64,000 nt of DNA from Callorhinchus milii (Eukaryota), in NCBI RefSeq assembly GCF_018977255.1, contig NW_024704743.1, positions 41,914,001-41,978,000 of the forward strand. Direction: 5' to 3'. This document shows, one piece after another, positions 53,036 to 64,000 of this stretch (positions are counted from its first letter, which is position 1; each line of letters begins with the position of its first letter). The notes beneath the pieces were generated by a model, which was given only the letters and a program-made list of their open reading frames with translations, was not told the origin of the DNA and did no database searches. The position numbers and the translations under genes are program-made.

Positions 53036-53840
53036 CTAAAGAAGGAACACAAGATCTATGCACACATTTGGAGAAGAAGCTTAAGAAAATCTTTTCTAAG
53101 AGGAAAGGCAAGCAAGCTCTTGGTTAGCTATGTATTGTTTGAACCAGATCATAAATCTTTCAACAGATAAGAATTTACACATTAAAATGGCCCAAAGCAC
53201 TTCATAATAATTATTGTTGACCATAGTAACTGTTTACGAATAAGGATCTCTGTACTACACAGGATTGAGAATAATGGGTCAATCACAGGATAGGGTGGGA
53301 GGCCTCTGCAATGTAAGACGCAATCTTATAGGACAAGTTACCTGATCAATTTTACACTGTAAGTACTTACAGAAATTGTTAAGCAGAGCGACAAGTAAAG
53401 TGAAGTCCCTTATTAACATTTTACATGAGAAGTGGCTGGGATATTGACAGCCTAGTGACTTAAGTGGTAGTGACAAGTCAAGTCAGGGTCGTGTTATCAG
53501 GAGTTTATTGTATGGCAAAGATCTATTCAGTTTTATTGTTAAAATACACTTTCACTCTTTGAAAGGTCACTTAATTTTGATGTGGAATCACATTGATTCC
53601 TATAGACTGTGTAAGTCCAGCATTCATAAAGTCGAGTAGAACAGGGGTCCTCAGCAGGTCATGTGATAGCACGATCTATAAGTTCTTCACAAAGCATTTT
53701 CATTTTGAAATTGAGCTTCATAAGCTTTAAAATCTGAGTTCTGCCTGTTTGGATTTCATTTATATTGTTTATCCCACTGGTAGCAACCTCCGAGTACGAA
53801 TATTAAACCTGACATTGAGTACTTGACTCATTTCTTTTAC

Positions 53841-53859
53841 TGGCTCCCTCTAGTGGCCT
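53841..53859 (-). promoter_or_regulatory. CTCF-like motif (reverse)
   Basis: Minus strand aGGCCACTAGAGGGAGCCA closely matches the CTCF core consensus. Confidence 0.55.
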
Positions 53860-54334
53860 AGAGAGGGTGTTTGTGCATTGCCCTGTAAAAGACCAAAGAG
53901 CCTTTTGTCTGTCCATTTGAGGTTTACGAGTTATTTCCTCGCCAGGAACCTTTTCAAAAGATTCTGATCTAAGCCTGGGAAGCTTTTGAAGCTGTGCATA
54001 GTTGACTAGAGGAGTTTGAGTTGCAACTTTTTCCTTGATTTTTAACCCCCTTTGGTGCTTTGAACCGCTTACATTGCAATAAATTCCTTATGTGACTTTC
54101 AGTCAGCAGAGATGCTGTAGAGATATGTACTTGCACTCTTTCCAATGCAGATGTATCATGATGTCCAGGACTTGGCAGAATGTTTTCAACATGACTGTGA
54201 ACTTGCATGCAATAACTTTCACATCATTCCTTGCTGTAGCTTCTGAATCAGCACATTAATTAATGAGACACTTGGACATGGCTGTGACAACAATACTGCC
54301 AGTTATTTTAAATTGGTGCCTCACAGTATCATTG

Positions 54335-54651
54335 CAGGTCTGCTCCATGTCTCCCGACGGACCCGCCCTGCCATCAGTGGCCAGGCTTTCAGCCTCTCTG
54401 CCCCCACACTCTGGAACTCCATCCCACGGTCACTTCGCCTCGCTTCCTCCCTTGCCTCCTTCAAGGCCGGTCTCAAGATTCTTCTCTTCGACCATGCCTT
54501 TGGTCTCCCTCCCACCTCTCTGCCTTCCCTCACCCCTACACCACCCCTCCCTCATGCTCGTGCCCCGACAGCTGACTGTTCAATGCTTTAGGACGTCCTC
54601 CAGACATGAAGGGCACTCTATAAATGTAATTTTGTTGTTGGTGTTGTTGTT
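54335..54651 (+). mobile_element. L2 3' end
   Basis: ISGQAFSLSAPTLWNSIPRSLRLASSLASFKAGLKILLF; (gtt)n tail. Confidence 0.92.
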
Positions 54652-54737
54652 GCAGGTCTGTCACACTACAATGGGGTTGCAACATCTTCTTCTTCAAAAA
54701 GAAGAACACCCAAAACATTAGAAAGCAAATAGAAAGC

Positions 54738-54906
54738 ATAACAATAACTTGCATTTATATAGCGCCCTTCACATGGAGTAGCATCTCGGAGCACTTATTC
54801 ATGATGTATTTTGACACTGAGCCAGGGAGAAAGGGGAGGTGACCATAGGCATGATTGAAGAGGAAAGTCTTCAGGTGTGATCTGAAGATGGGCAAAGAGG
54901 CAGGGT
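54738..54906 (-). mobile_element. L2 3' end (second L2 family)
   Basis: Reverse FRSHLKTFLFNHAYG; tail acaataacttgcatttatatagcgccc. Confidence 0.88.
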
Positions 54907-55699
54907 GACATAAAGACAACTTAACTTTAATACCCATGGTTAGATTCACTGCTTCTTAAAATATCGCTTGTTGTAAATTAAACTGACCATTCAGTGAACA
55001 TCAGCAGTAATTATATTTGTGTGCTGAACAAGGCAGAGATCAGGCTATGATCCTGTGCATCACTTTACAGTAATACCAATGGCAAAGCAGAAGGATGACT
55101 ACAAAGTTAAAAAAAAGCCAATAGTCATTCACATTCAAATGTCAAATAAATGTGCATCAGCCAGGCTCATTTAGTAGCACGCTTGCCTCTGAGTCAGAAG
55201 AATGTTGGTTCAAGCCATTGTTAGGACTTTCACATCAATCCAATACAGTGTTGAATTGCTGTTCTTACTCTATTTTCTTTACATTTCAGAGCATGCAATT
55301 TGCATAGCAAATTCTTAGAATTAGTTGTAATTTTTAAGTTTCTTTTAAGAAATAGAAACTTAATGTGAATAAAAATGTAAATTCAAAATTAAGACCAATT
55401 GTAATAATTTTCCAAATTCTGTATAATCCAAAATTTGGGGAAATAAATCAACTGCAGACTCAGATGGAATTTGTCTTGGATCTTCAAAGGTTATTAAGTA
55501 AAATCTCTTGAATATCCATCCACAGCAAACTCTCTTCAATTCAAACAACTGGTCTATTCCAAAGAAAAAAATAACGTCACTCAACCAATAATGAGATAAT
55601 AACTAACTAAACTGTATTTGGTGAAATAAGGTGAGGTATAAATATTAGCTAGGACTCCAACAGCTCTCCTTGTTTTCCTTCAAAACTATTTTGCCATAA

Positions 55700-55960
55700 A
55701 ATTAAGAATGTGCAGAATTGGGAAATATTCTTAAGTTTTTTTTTGCTGTTCTTAAACAGAACCAAGGTCTGTAATTCCACATAGCTTTAGCCTGCAAAAT
55801 ATTTCGTCTTAAAATTAAGGTAATGCAGCAGTATGGAACATTATTAAATCCTATCATAATATTGAATTGAGATGTTTTTATGAAACTGTAAAACTGGCTT
55901 CCAAATTAAGACTGAATTAAATAAATTTTTCTACAGATCTGCATGATCTTAAGTTTTAAG
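55700..55960. mobile_element. AT-rich palindromic element(s)
   Basis: gcagaattgggaaatattcttaa .. ggcttccaaattaagactgaattaa..ttttct..ctgca; shared motifs with 6044 and 13378. Confidence 0.5.
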
Positions 55961-57938
55961 TGGTCTCACTGTTTAAAAATAGGTACAATTTCAGGCACGT
56001 TATATTTATCCAGTTCCATTTCTGAAGGAGTTAATCAACAAATGCATCGACTGGCTCTTCAGGCAGTCTGTTCCACATATCTACAACTCTGCAGGGAATA
56101 AGACATTTCGCTGCATCGCTTGTCTCTTCAAGATTTTGAATCTACGTGTGAAAAGGTTTGGGTCATCAAGGTGGGAGCTTCTCCACCTGAGTCTCGTATA
56201 TATTTGCGTCGTTGTATGACACATTAAAATCGGACAGTTATGAATCATTAGCATAAATTGACCAGGCATACTTGAGGCATATGTTACTGATCATTTCATC
56301 CAGCAGCTAACTGTCAATGAACATAAATGAACATAAATTATCTTTACATTTGATATGGTTATGACAGTGATGTTCTGATTTACTACTTCACTTATTTTCA
56401 GATGACTGTGGACCATCTGGAGTTCATGAAGAAAAGAGCACAACTCACTGGGGTACAAAATATCAGAAGCACCATTGTAAGTACAGAGATTGTCGCACAT
56501 GTAGAAATGGTATCACATTGTATGAGCACTGGTATTCTGGTAAAGGAAGAATATATCCTTTGCCATGTTCTTGCCTGTCAATCGTATTAAATCGCTGATA
56601 ACTGTGCCAGGGGTGTGTCATACATTTGGTGAATGTGCCTATTTTAAACATATTTAAAAATTACACTCACATTCCTTCTTCCAGGTAGTCAAGGGGTAAA
56701 AACGCAAGACACTGTGAGGCTGTCTGGCTGGCTTTTTGGACTGACTAAAGGCTCTTTAGTGCCAATACTTTAATTAATCTGATGTGTGAAAAGCTTCTAC
56801 ATCAATCTGAATCCGTGCACTCCTTGACTTCCAAACTATAGTATCCATAAAATTTTTATAAGTTTTAGAAGCACTCGGGTATTTTAATCAGACTGTTGTG
56901 AAGTAAACTATCAGGCCTATGAGCCTGGCATGCAATCACTGTGGTAGCCTAATCAAGTTTGTTAAGGGGCCATCTGAAATATTTCAAAACATCAACCCTG
57001 AGATCAAAGCCTCCCACAATTTAAAAGATAATGCACAGTACTTCTGGAGAAGCTTTCCAACTATTCTCTTGAATGCATGACCCCCTCAGATAAGGTTCAC
57101 ATTTTCATATTACACAAGTTGAAGAAACTGCCAAGACATCCTAGCTATCAAGTGGCACTTAACGAATCTGGGGTGTCTCACTGGACTGAACTGAATAATC
57201 TGCTTAGCTGCTCTGAATTTCTATCCAGAATAATATATGAAGAGAACTGCTGCTGTAAGAAATATCTAAACGTTAATAGAACTATTTTCTAGGCCACAAC
57301 CATTGAGAAGGGATGCGATGTCTGCCTTGCCTCACCTTGCCTGGCATTCAACACACTGGGGAACTAGTCTATGTACTAAATATTATAAGGTTGCTATATT
57401 GTCAATTTGGTGTGAATTAGTTGATTAATGTCAGTCAATACAACACAAAAATTGTAAAATTTACCCAATCACCAACTGTGCTAATTTGTTAGTAGCTTGG
57501 TGCTTGAGTTACAATTCTATTACAGTAGCTTAAGCTGTAAATTTGTGTTCTGTGAATTTTTTTAATCTTTCAAAATAAGCTTAGTGGTCAGTGTAATAAT
57601 TACTCAGAAAGTACTGGTGGATTACTGAATTTATTTGCATTTAATTTGTGGTCGGTGGTGACATAATGACCAGGGAACCTGCAAACTCGATTGAATACTC
57701 ATTTGAATGGAGCCTCAATATTTATAAGAGTGTTGCATGGTATTGTTTCAGTCATTTACACCCCACAGGTAGCAGGAACTTTCTCAGTTAGAGGATGTTG
57801 TTGTTGTCTGATGGGGGCCTGATTTGCATGAAAACTCATGGTCTGTAACAATGTATATTTTGTGAGTGTGAGAGTCCAAGGAGATATAAACACCAAGTGT
57901 TTGAGCAGGCAGGCGGGTTGCACCTTAGAGGGACTTGT

Positions 57939-58315
57939 AACAACAACAACAACTTGCATTTACATAACACCCTTCATGCAGGGTAGCTTCCCAGAGCACT
58001 TGACAGTGGTGGAGCATGACGCCGAGCTGGGGGGAGGGGGAGGTGACAGTAGGCACAGTTGAATAGGAAGGTCTTCAAGTGCAACCTGAAAATGGGGAAG
58101 GAAGGAGCAAGGTGGAAGTATAGAGGAATAGTGTTCCAGAGTTTTGGGGCGTAGTGGCTGAAAGTGCGGCTATTGATGGTAGAATAGAGGGCAGAAGGCC
58201 AGCACCAGTCAAACAGATGCAGCAGGTTGTGGGTTGGGGGATAAGCAGGTCCGAGAGGTAGGGAGGTCCCAGGGCATGAAGGGATTTGAAAACGAGTGTG
58301 AGGATCTTGAAATCG
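57939..58315 (-). mobile_element. L2 3' fragment
   Basis: [24 protein letters not shown]; (aac)n tail. Confidence 0.92.
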
Positions 58316-60397
58316 AAAGCAAGAAGTAGGTCAGTTCCCTCACCCTGCTCAAACCTTGTAGGTGCCAGCATTTTATGTGTTACGACTCTGACTTAATTTA
58401 ATTAATTTAAGGCTTTGGGGTGTCGTCAAAATGTATGCTCGAGTCGACCAAATATTTTTAATTTATTTCAAGAAGTGCATATTTGAACGTTGTTAATATA
58501 AACGGGATACTGGTTTTGTCCTCCTGACTTGAAAAGCCATGACTCTAATCACTAAAGCATTGGGTGTAAGATTCCAAGCTCCGTAACACTTTCCAAATCA
58601 ATACACTACCATGTTTTTGTGTCCAGTCTGACATGAAACCATAACTACACCCTGTGCCCCTTTCCCAGTGTCCTTTTATACTTGAATCAATCCTATTAGT
58701 TATCGATTGATTGAAATTATCCCTCCACAGTCAAGAAACTAGTTAATCCAATGCTATCAATCCATTCACAGTGGAGTCTAAAATATAGGAGTCAAAGCCC
58801 TTGATTTGCAAATAGTTGCAAAATATTAATCCAATTGATGTGTGTCAGGCAGGAATATTGCTCCTTCCAGATACACTAGTATGGTCTTCCTGAATGATTC
58901 AAGACTTTCAAATTAGATTTGACTTCCATGTTTTAGACCAAGTGCTGGTTGTTCCCCATCGTAGGCACACCAGCCCAAAGGACTGAACGTTAAAAACATG
59001 TTTTCTTTATTGCTTGAGACATGATCCACTTACAAGAGCTCTAGTCAATCCAATTTCCAGATGGGAAGTGGTACAAGGAAGTCTAAAACCAAAGGAGATG
59101 CCAATCTTGTTATACCTACAATGCCACTTGTAGAGGAGGGGTGAAAAAAGCAGCAATTCTCAATGGGATTCAGTACTAGTATCACAGAGTTACCGTGACA
59201 TGATTCAACTTTGCCATTTGAGAACAGGGATCCCACAAGTGACCATGAAGCACTCTTGGTTCCTGGTAGCACTCTGCATTCATGACTCAGAATCCTTTAA
59301 TCCCTAATAGGTGAATCCCAATGTGCACCATCCTTATTATGCTTTCAATGTGACAAAGGTGAAGTCCATAGTAAACATTTTAATTTTCATGGCTTATCAC
59401 ATTACTTTGAATGTAGCTGTCATTAACAATTAAGGTTACACTGCAGCTGGCTCACTGTGATTTTATTTCCTGCCCACCATGCAATTAATGAAGCAGGCAA
59501 GAGTGGCTCTAAGTGCACCAGTGCTCATTCACTGAGTCATCAGCTCCAGCTCAAATTACAGGAATGGCACCACTCATGGCTCAATAGGTAAATGTATAGC
59601 ACAGGCAGTGAACCATACGAGGTACTAAATCTGAGCTTTGCTGACTCTGAGGCTTTGGGAGAGTACGGAACAAAACAGTGGGGAAAACCTCTTAAGATGT
59701 GTATGTTATATAGTCTGTTAATTCATCAATGATTTAAGAATACTTTCTTTCATGAAAATGTAATAAAACATGTACCATTTAAAATTGCAGTGGGTGAGCA
59801 TTGCCTTGGATCCTTTCCAGATTCGTGAGGACACTCGACTGATAAAGGAAAGTTGTCTGTAACGCCCCATTTGTATTGCACTTTTTGGGATGGTTTGACA
59901 TTAAATTGGCATCACATCTGTGTTAAAAATGCATTGTAAAAACTTTCAATCTTCAACGTAATTCAGAACGGCAGATGACATCATCTTCTGAAGTTGCAAT
60001 GTAAATGAACCACAGGGACAATGATTCTACATCTCTCCTCATGTCACAAATGGGAAATACAAGTTAGATTATTAAATAGTAGTAATAATAATCATTACAT
60101 TTGATCCATTTCATGTTAAGAGGATGTCTCAAAGCGCTTCACCAGATTTGCTTTTAACTTTGTGTTTTTTAGGCAAAGGCAGAAGTCAATTCCACACAGC
60201 AATATTTCACAAACAGCCATGAAATGAATGCTCAATTTTTGTCTGGCAGAAGGTAATGCATCAAGTCTCACTTGGATCATTTTTTCTTTGCTGCTTATCA
60301 GTAATAGTTGGCTCACAAAGCCATGCAGACTTTAGTAGTGAAACATTTGCTGACCTTGGTGATGGAGAATATTGCATTTACGGGTGATTTGTAAATA

Positions 60398-60490
60398 TCT
60401 GAAATGCTGGAAATTCACAGCAAGTCGATCAGCACCTGGAAGGAAAAACTACATTAACATTACAGATGTGACCCTTCATCAGGACTGATC
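60398..60490. mobile_element. Second, more decayed Penelope-like terminal fragment
   Basis: gaaatgctggaaattcacagcaagtc..cagcacctg..gacccttcatcaggactg parallels 24737-24831. Confidence 0.6.
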
Positions 60491-62387
60491 ACAAGATACA
60501 AAATTTATAATGCAATAGCCAAGAGGATAAATTATGCTGTTAGACAGATATAGGAATTGCGGAATTGATATCTGTATCTAATCCCTGGTGGTAGTGTAGA
60601 GAGGATTAGCATTAGCATTCCCTAATGGCATAAATTGATGCGTCTCTGCTTCCCTTAGCACTCAGATGCTGGTTAAATCAGGACAAGATTGTCGACTTCA
60701 AATACCTCAGATGATGTGTTCTAAGGCCTGTAGAAAACATTGATGCACACCTTAAGTAAGGACCCTTGTCCCTTTTGTGTTTTTATTAAACTGCTAACAA
60801 CCTGGGGAATTGCCTCTGTAAATAGTTATTTGCCCATTTCTCCCCAGTGCTCGGACCTGCCTCCAGTGGGCCAGGCACAATTAAATGGTAATTTTTAGCA
60901 TGTTTCTGAAGTGCATATTTCTCTCTGCACTGCTTGGCAATTGAAACATGTTTCCAGCGCCATAGCACACAAAGCAAGGCACACTGTTGTCAGTGGTAAC
61001 GCTGCAGCTAATTGTTGCTTAGAGTTGTTCGTAGCCTTTAGCTGCTGCCACCAGAACCAAGCTGAACACTAATTGTATCATCTCAGAGTGCATTAAAATT
61101 ACATATGCTGTGAAAAAACAGCTTAAATGAAAACGTTGTTCATTCATAACGCATAAGTAATTATGCAGAAGTGAGACATTTATAATAGATAGTCTCAAAA
61201 TACACAAGACGGAACAGGAGAGCCTCGTGCTTTATTCCCTTGGTGGCCAGAAGAACCTTGGAGTGCTTTTCACAAAGCTACTACAGGGCAAAAATGGAGA
61301 GCAGAAGGTTTATATCCTGTGTTCAGTTAGTGAATGAAGGTAGAACAGCTCCCTAATAATTCAACTTCAGAATGAATATATTTAGCTTATGCTTCTTTAG
61401 TGATTTTTTTAATATTGTACTATTGATCAGGTATAAAATAAACAGTCACTACACTTCTTAAAGTGTACCTTAGTAAAATGCTGAGAAGCGCTTTAAGTCC
61501 TCCTCTCAACCTGGAAGGCCCTATGTCAAATGCAAGAATTGTTATTTAATTGTTAAACAGTTAACAATTAGATGTCTTCAGTAAATAACAATGCTGTTGA
61601 TACCCAATTAGTAAGATAATGTGGTCTAAAATGTCGGTTTCACAAAGTAGTGCTACCGTATTTCAATCATTATTTTAACTCTTTCTCTTCAGCGTGCTGC
61701 TCATCAAAGGCACCAGGGGTGTCTGTTTCTATCTGCGGGGAAGACGACTTGTTAAAGGTATCTGGTTCCAAGTGGCATACTGTTCCTCAATGGACAGTGC
61801 GATGGGAACAGATGTTCCAACAAAGGTGACCTAGTCCCAGGCTTCCCAAGAAATCATTACAATCAACCACTGAGCATCAACTGCAATTTAGCAACGCATA
61901 CATGACACATAACCTTCAAGAAACAATCCACAGTCAATCTTTATGGTTACAGCAAAATGTTACGCAAGGGGCTAGCAAGGTCAGTTTTAATATAAAAAAT
62001 GTTTTCTGTCTGATGTTTAAACACATAATCCAAGCTTGCTTGCTGCTTGGCATTCCCATTCCAAAGCTCCAGGATTCCTTTACTTACAAGATAACACTAC
62101 CACAGTAGAAGAATTTATTAACTTTATTTTAACAGCAAAATTGAATGAGCAATAGGTTTGGATACAACAATGTGGGAGAATTAATGACAAAACCAATACT
62201 GACAAATAACTGGGCAAACAAGATCCAGGCTTGACAATGAACACAGTCTCGGCTACAGCTTCAGTGCAGTCATGGGGGAACCCTGTATTGTCAGAGCTGC
62301 TAACCTTCATAAGAGACATTAAATCAAGGTCATGTCTATGCCTGTTCAAGTGGATGTGAAAGATCCCATGCCACTATTCAAAAAGAG

Positions 62388-62708
62388 AATAATAATAATC
62401 CTTGCATTTGATATAGCACTTTTCACGTCGGGAGGACGTCCCAAAGCGCTTCACAGAACACACTGTAAAGTGAATTGACTGTATATTTGTGGGCGAACGC
62501 GGCAGCCAATTGCGCACAGCAATGTCCCACAAACAGTCGTAGATTGAAAATGACCAATTTATTATTGTTTTTGGTTTTGGAGGGATTATTATTAGGGTTG
62601 TGTGTGGAGTAAGGAAACTTGCCAAAGGTTTCGCCCTCTGCCTGGAATTGAACTCAGGTCTCCCGTTTGCAAAGCGAGTGCTCTAACCACTGAGCTACAG
62701 GACTCCAC
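62388..62708 (-). mobile_element. Young tRNA-Ala/Deu-type SINE, full length
   Basis: Near-identical reverse complement of 22799-23127. Confidence 0.96.
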
Positions 62709-62766
62709 AGGATATTTTTCCCACTGTCCTGGCTGACAATCCCTCAGATCACATTGAACAATTATA

Positions 62767-63064
62767 TAATAATAATAATCCTTGCATTTGATATAGCGCT
62801 TTTCAAGTCTTCTAGAAGTCTCAAAGTACTTCACAGAATACACTGTAAAGTGAATTGACTGTATATTTTGTGGGCGAAATGCGACAGCCAATTGCGCACA
62901 GCAGTGTCCCACAAACAGTCATGGATTGAGTGAACAAATTATTATTATTATTTTTTCTTGAGGGATTATTATCAGGCATATAGAGTAAGGAAACTTGCCC
63001 AAGGTTTCACCCTCACGGAATCGAACCCATGTCTCTCGCTTGCCACTGAGCTACAGGACTCCAC
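62767..63064 (-). mobile_element. Young tRNA-Ala/Deu-type SINE, small deletion in head
   Basis: (ATT)n tail, core, B box and head ccactgagctacaggactccac. Confidence 0.94.
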
Positions 63065-64000
63065 TGCCCTGTCCCCTATTCGTGATTATTTGTGGGACAT
63101 TGTTATGCATAAATTGTCTACAAATACATAGTCACCACACATTACAATAAAATTCTGTGAAGAGTTTTGATATGTCTTGACATTGTGATGACACTAAATC
63201 AAATGCAAGGATTATTATTATATTACTTAGAACAATAGAATTTTACAGGATTGAAAAAGGCTGTCAAGATCAATGCATCTGTGCTGGTTTCAAAAAGCTA
63301 ACAGAAATTGGATATGTTCCCTCCCCCGTGAACTTTGACCAATGGAGCTTTGCCCAGTACAGGAAAGAAAGTATTATTGGTGTGTAAAATGCAACCTATG
63401 ATGTGATTTCATATCAGCCAAAAGATCAGTCAAAGTGGTTGACAATAATTGATTGGCTGCAGTGTGTGTCCCTACCCCTGACTTCGGGACAATGATTAGG
63501 CCCGAAGTGTCATTGAACTTCATTGGAGCTGCCATTCCCCGAGAGCAACATTTGAGTTTTATTTTACTGGATTCAGTTCAACCGTTAGCCTGTGAAATAG
63601 CATCAAACACGGCAGCTTGAGAATTTGGCCAACTTTGGTCCAAACATTGCGGTGTTTCTTCTTGACTTCACAACATTATCATGACCATGACAACTCCAAT
63701 AACTGAGGCTATACAAATGTAATTTTGTTGTTGTTGTACAGGCAAGAAGCTCCACTAACAGAAGTTCAGGTGCCTTGTGGCAATTCAAATCATAATGTGA
63801 CTTAGGGATGGCAAGCCAGTAAAGTTTTTGTTTCCATGTTTGTAATTTTTTGATTGTTCCTCACGCTTTGGTAATCTCTTATCCTGTATGAATGGTGGTG
63901 TGGGAGTGCAGGCCTTCCAATAGCTTTAATCTGCTGCTCTGTGGACTCTGTTTGAAAAAGAAACTTATCAATACTGCAGGAAACAGCCAGCGGCATGCTT

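Larger units (their letters stand above)
62255..63222 (+). mobile_element. Old DeuSINE-like element split into three pieces by two young SINEs
   Basis: Pieces ~62255-62387, 62709-62766 and 63065-63222 are collinear with other old copies. Confidence 0.7.

Overview
AT-rich, repeat-dense non-coding vertebrate DNA (intergenic or deep intronic). The repeat content is tRNA-Ala-headed Deu-type SINEs with L2-like 3' tails, many L2 and CR1 LINE fragments and a Penelope-like remnant. This points to a cartilaginous fish, most likely a holocephalan such as Callorhinchus milii (inference from recalled repeat families, not a search). I recognise no host protein-coding gene, rRNA, true tRNA or CRISPR array; the longest ORFs are decayed LINE ORF2 pieces and the rest look like chance frames. 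The most interesting signals are: a minimal hammerhead-ribozyme motif inside a fold-back, TSD-flanked Penelope-like insertion; a SINE/L2 shared 3' stem-loop with apparent tail switching; a family of AT-rich palindromic elements; a pre-miRNA-sized hairpin; several old local duplications of unique-looking DNA; two convergent CTCF-like motifs; and unconfirmed candidate exons. I found no convincing novel biological system. Repeat boundaries are by eye and approximate.
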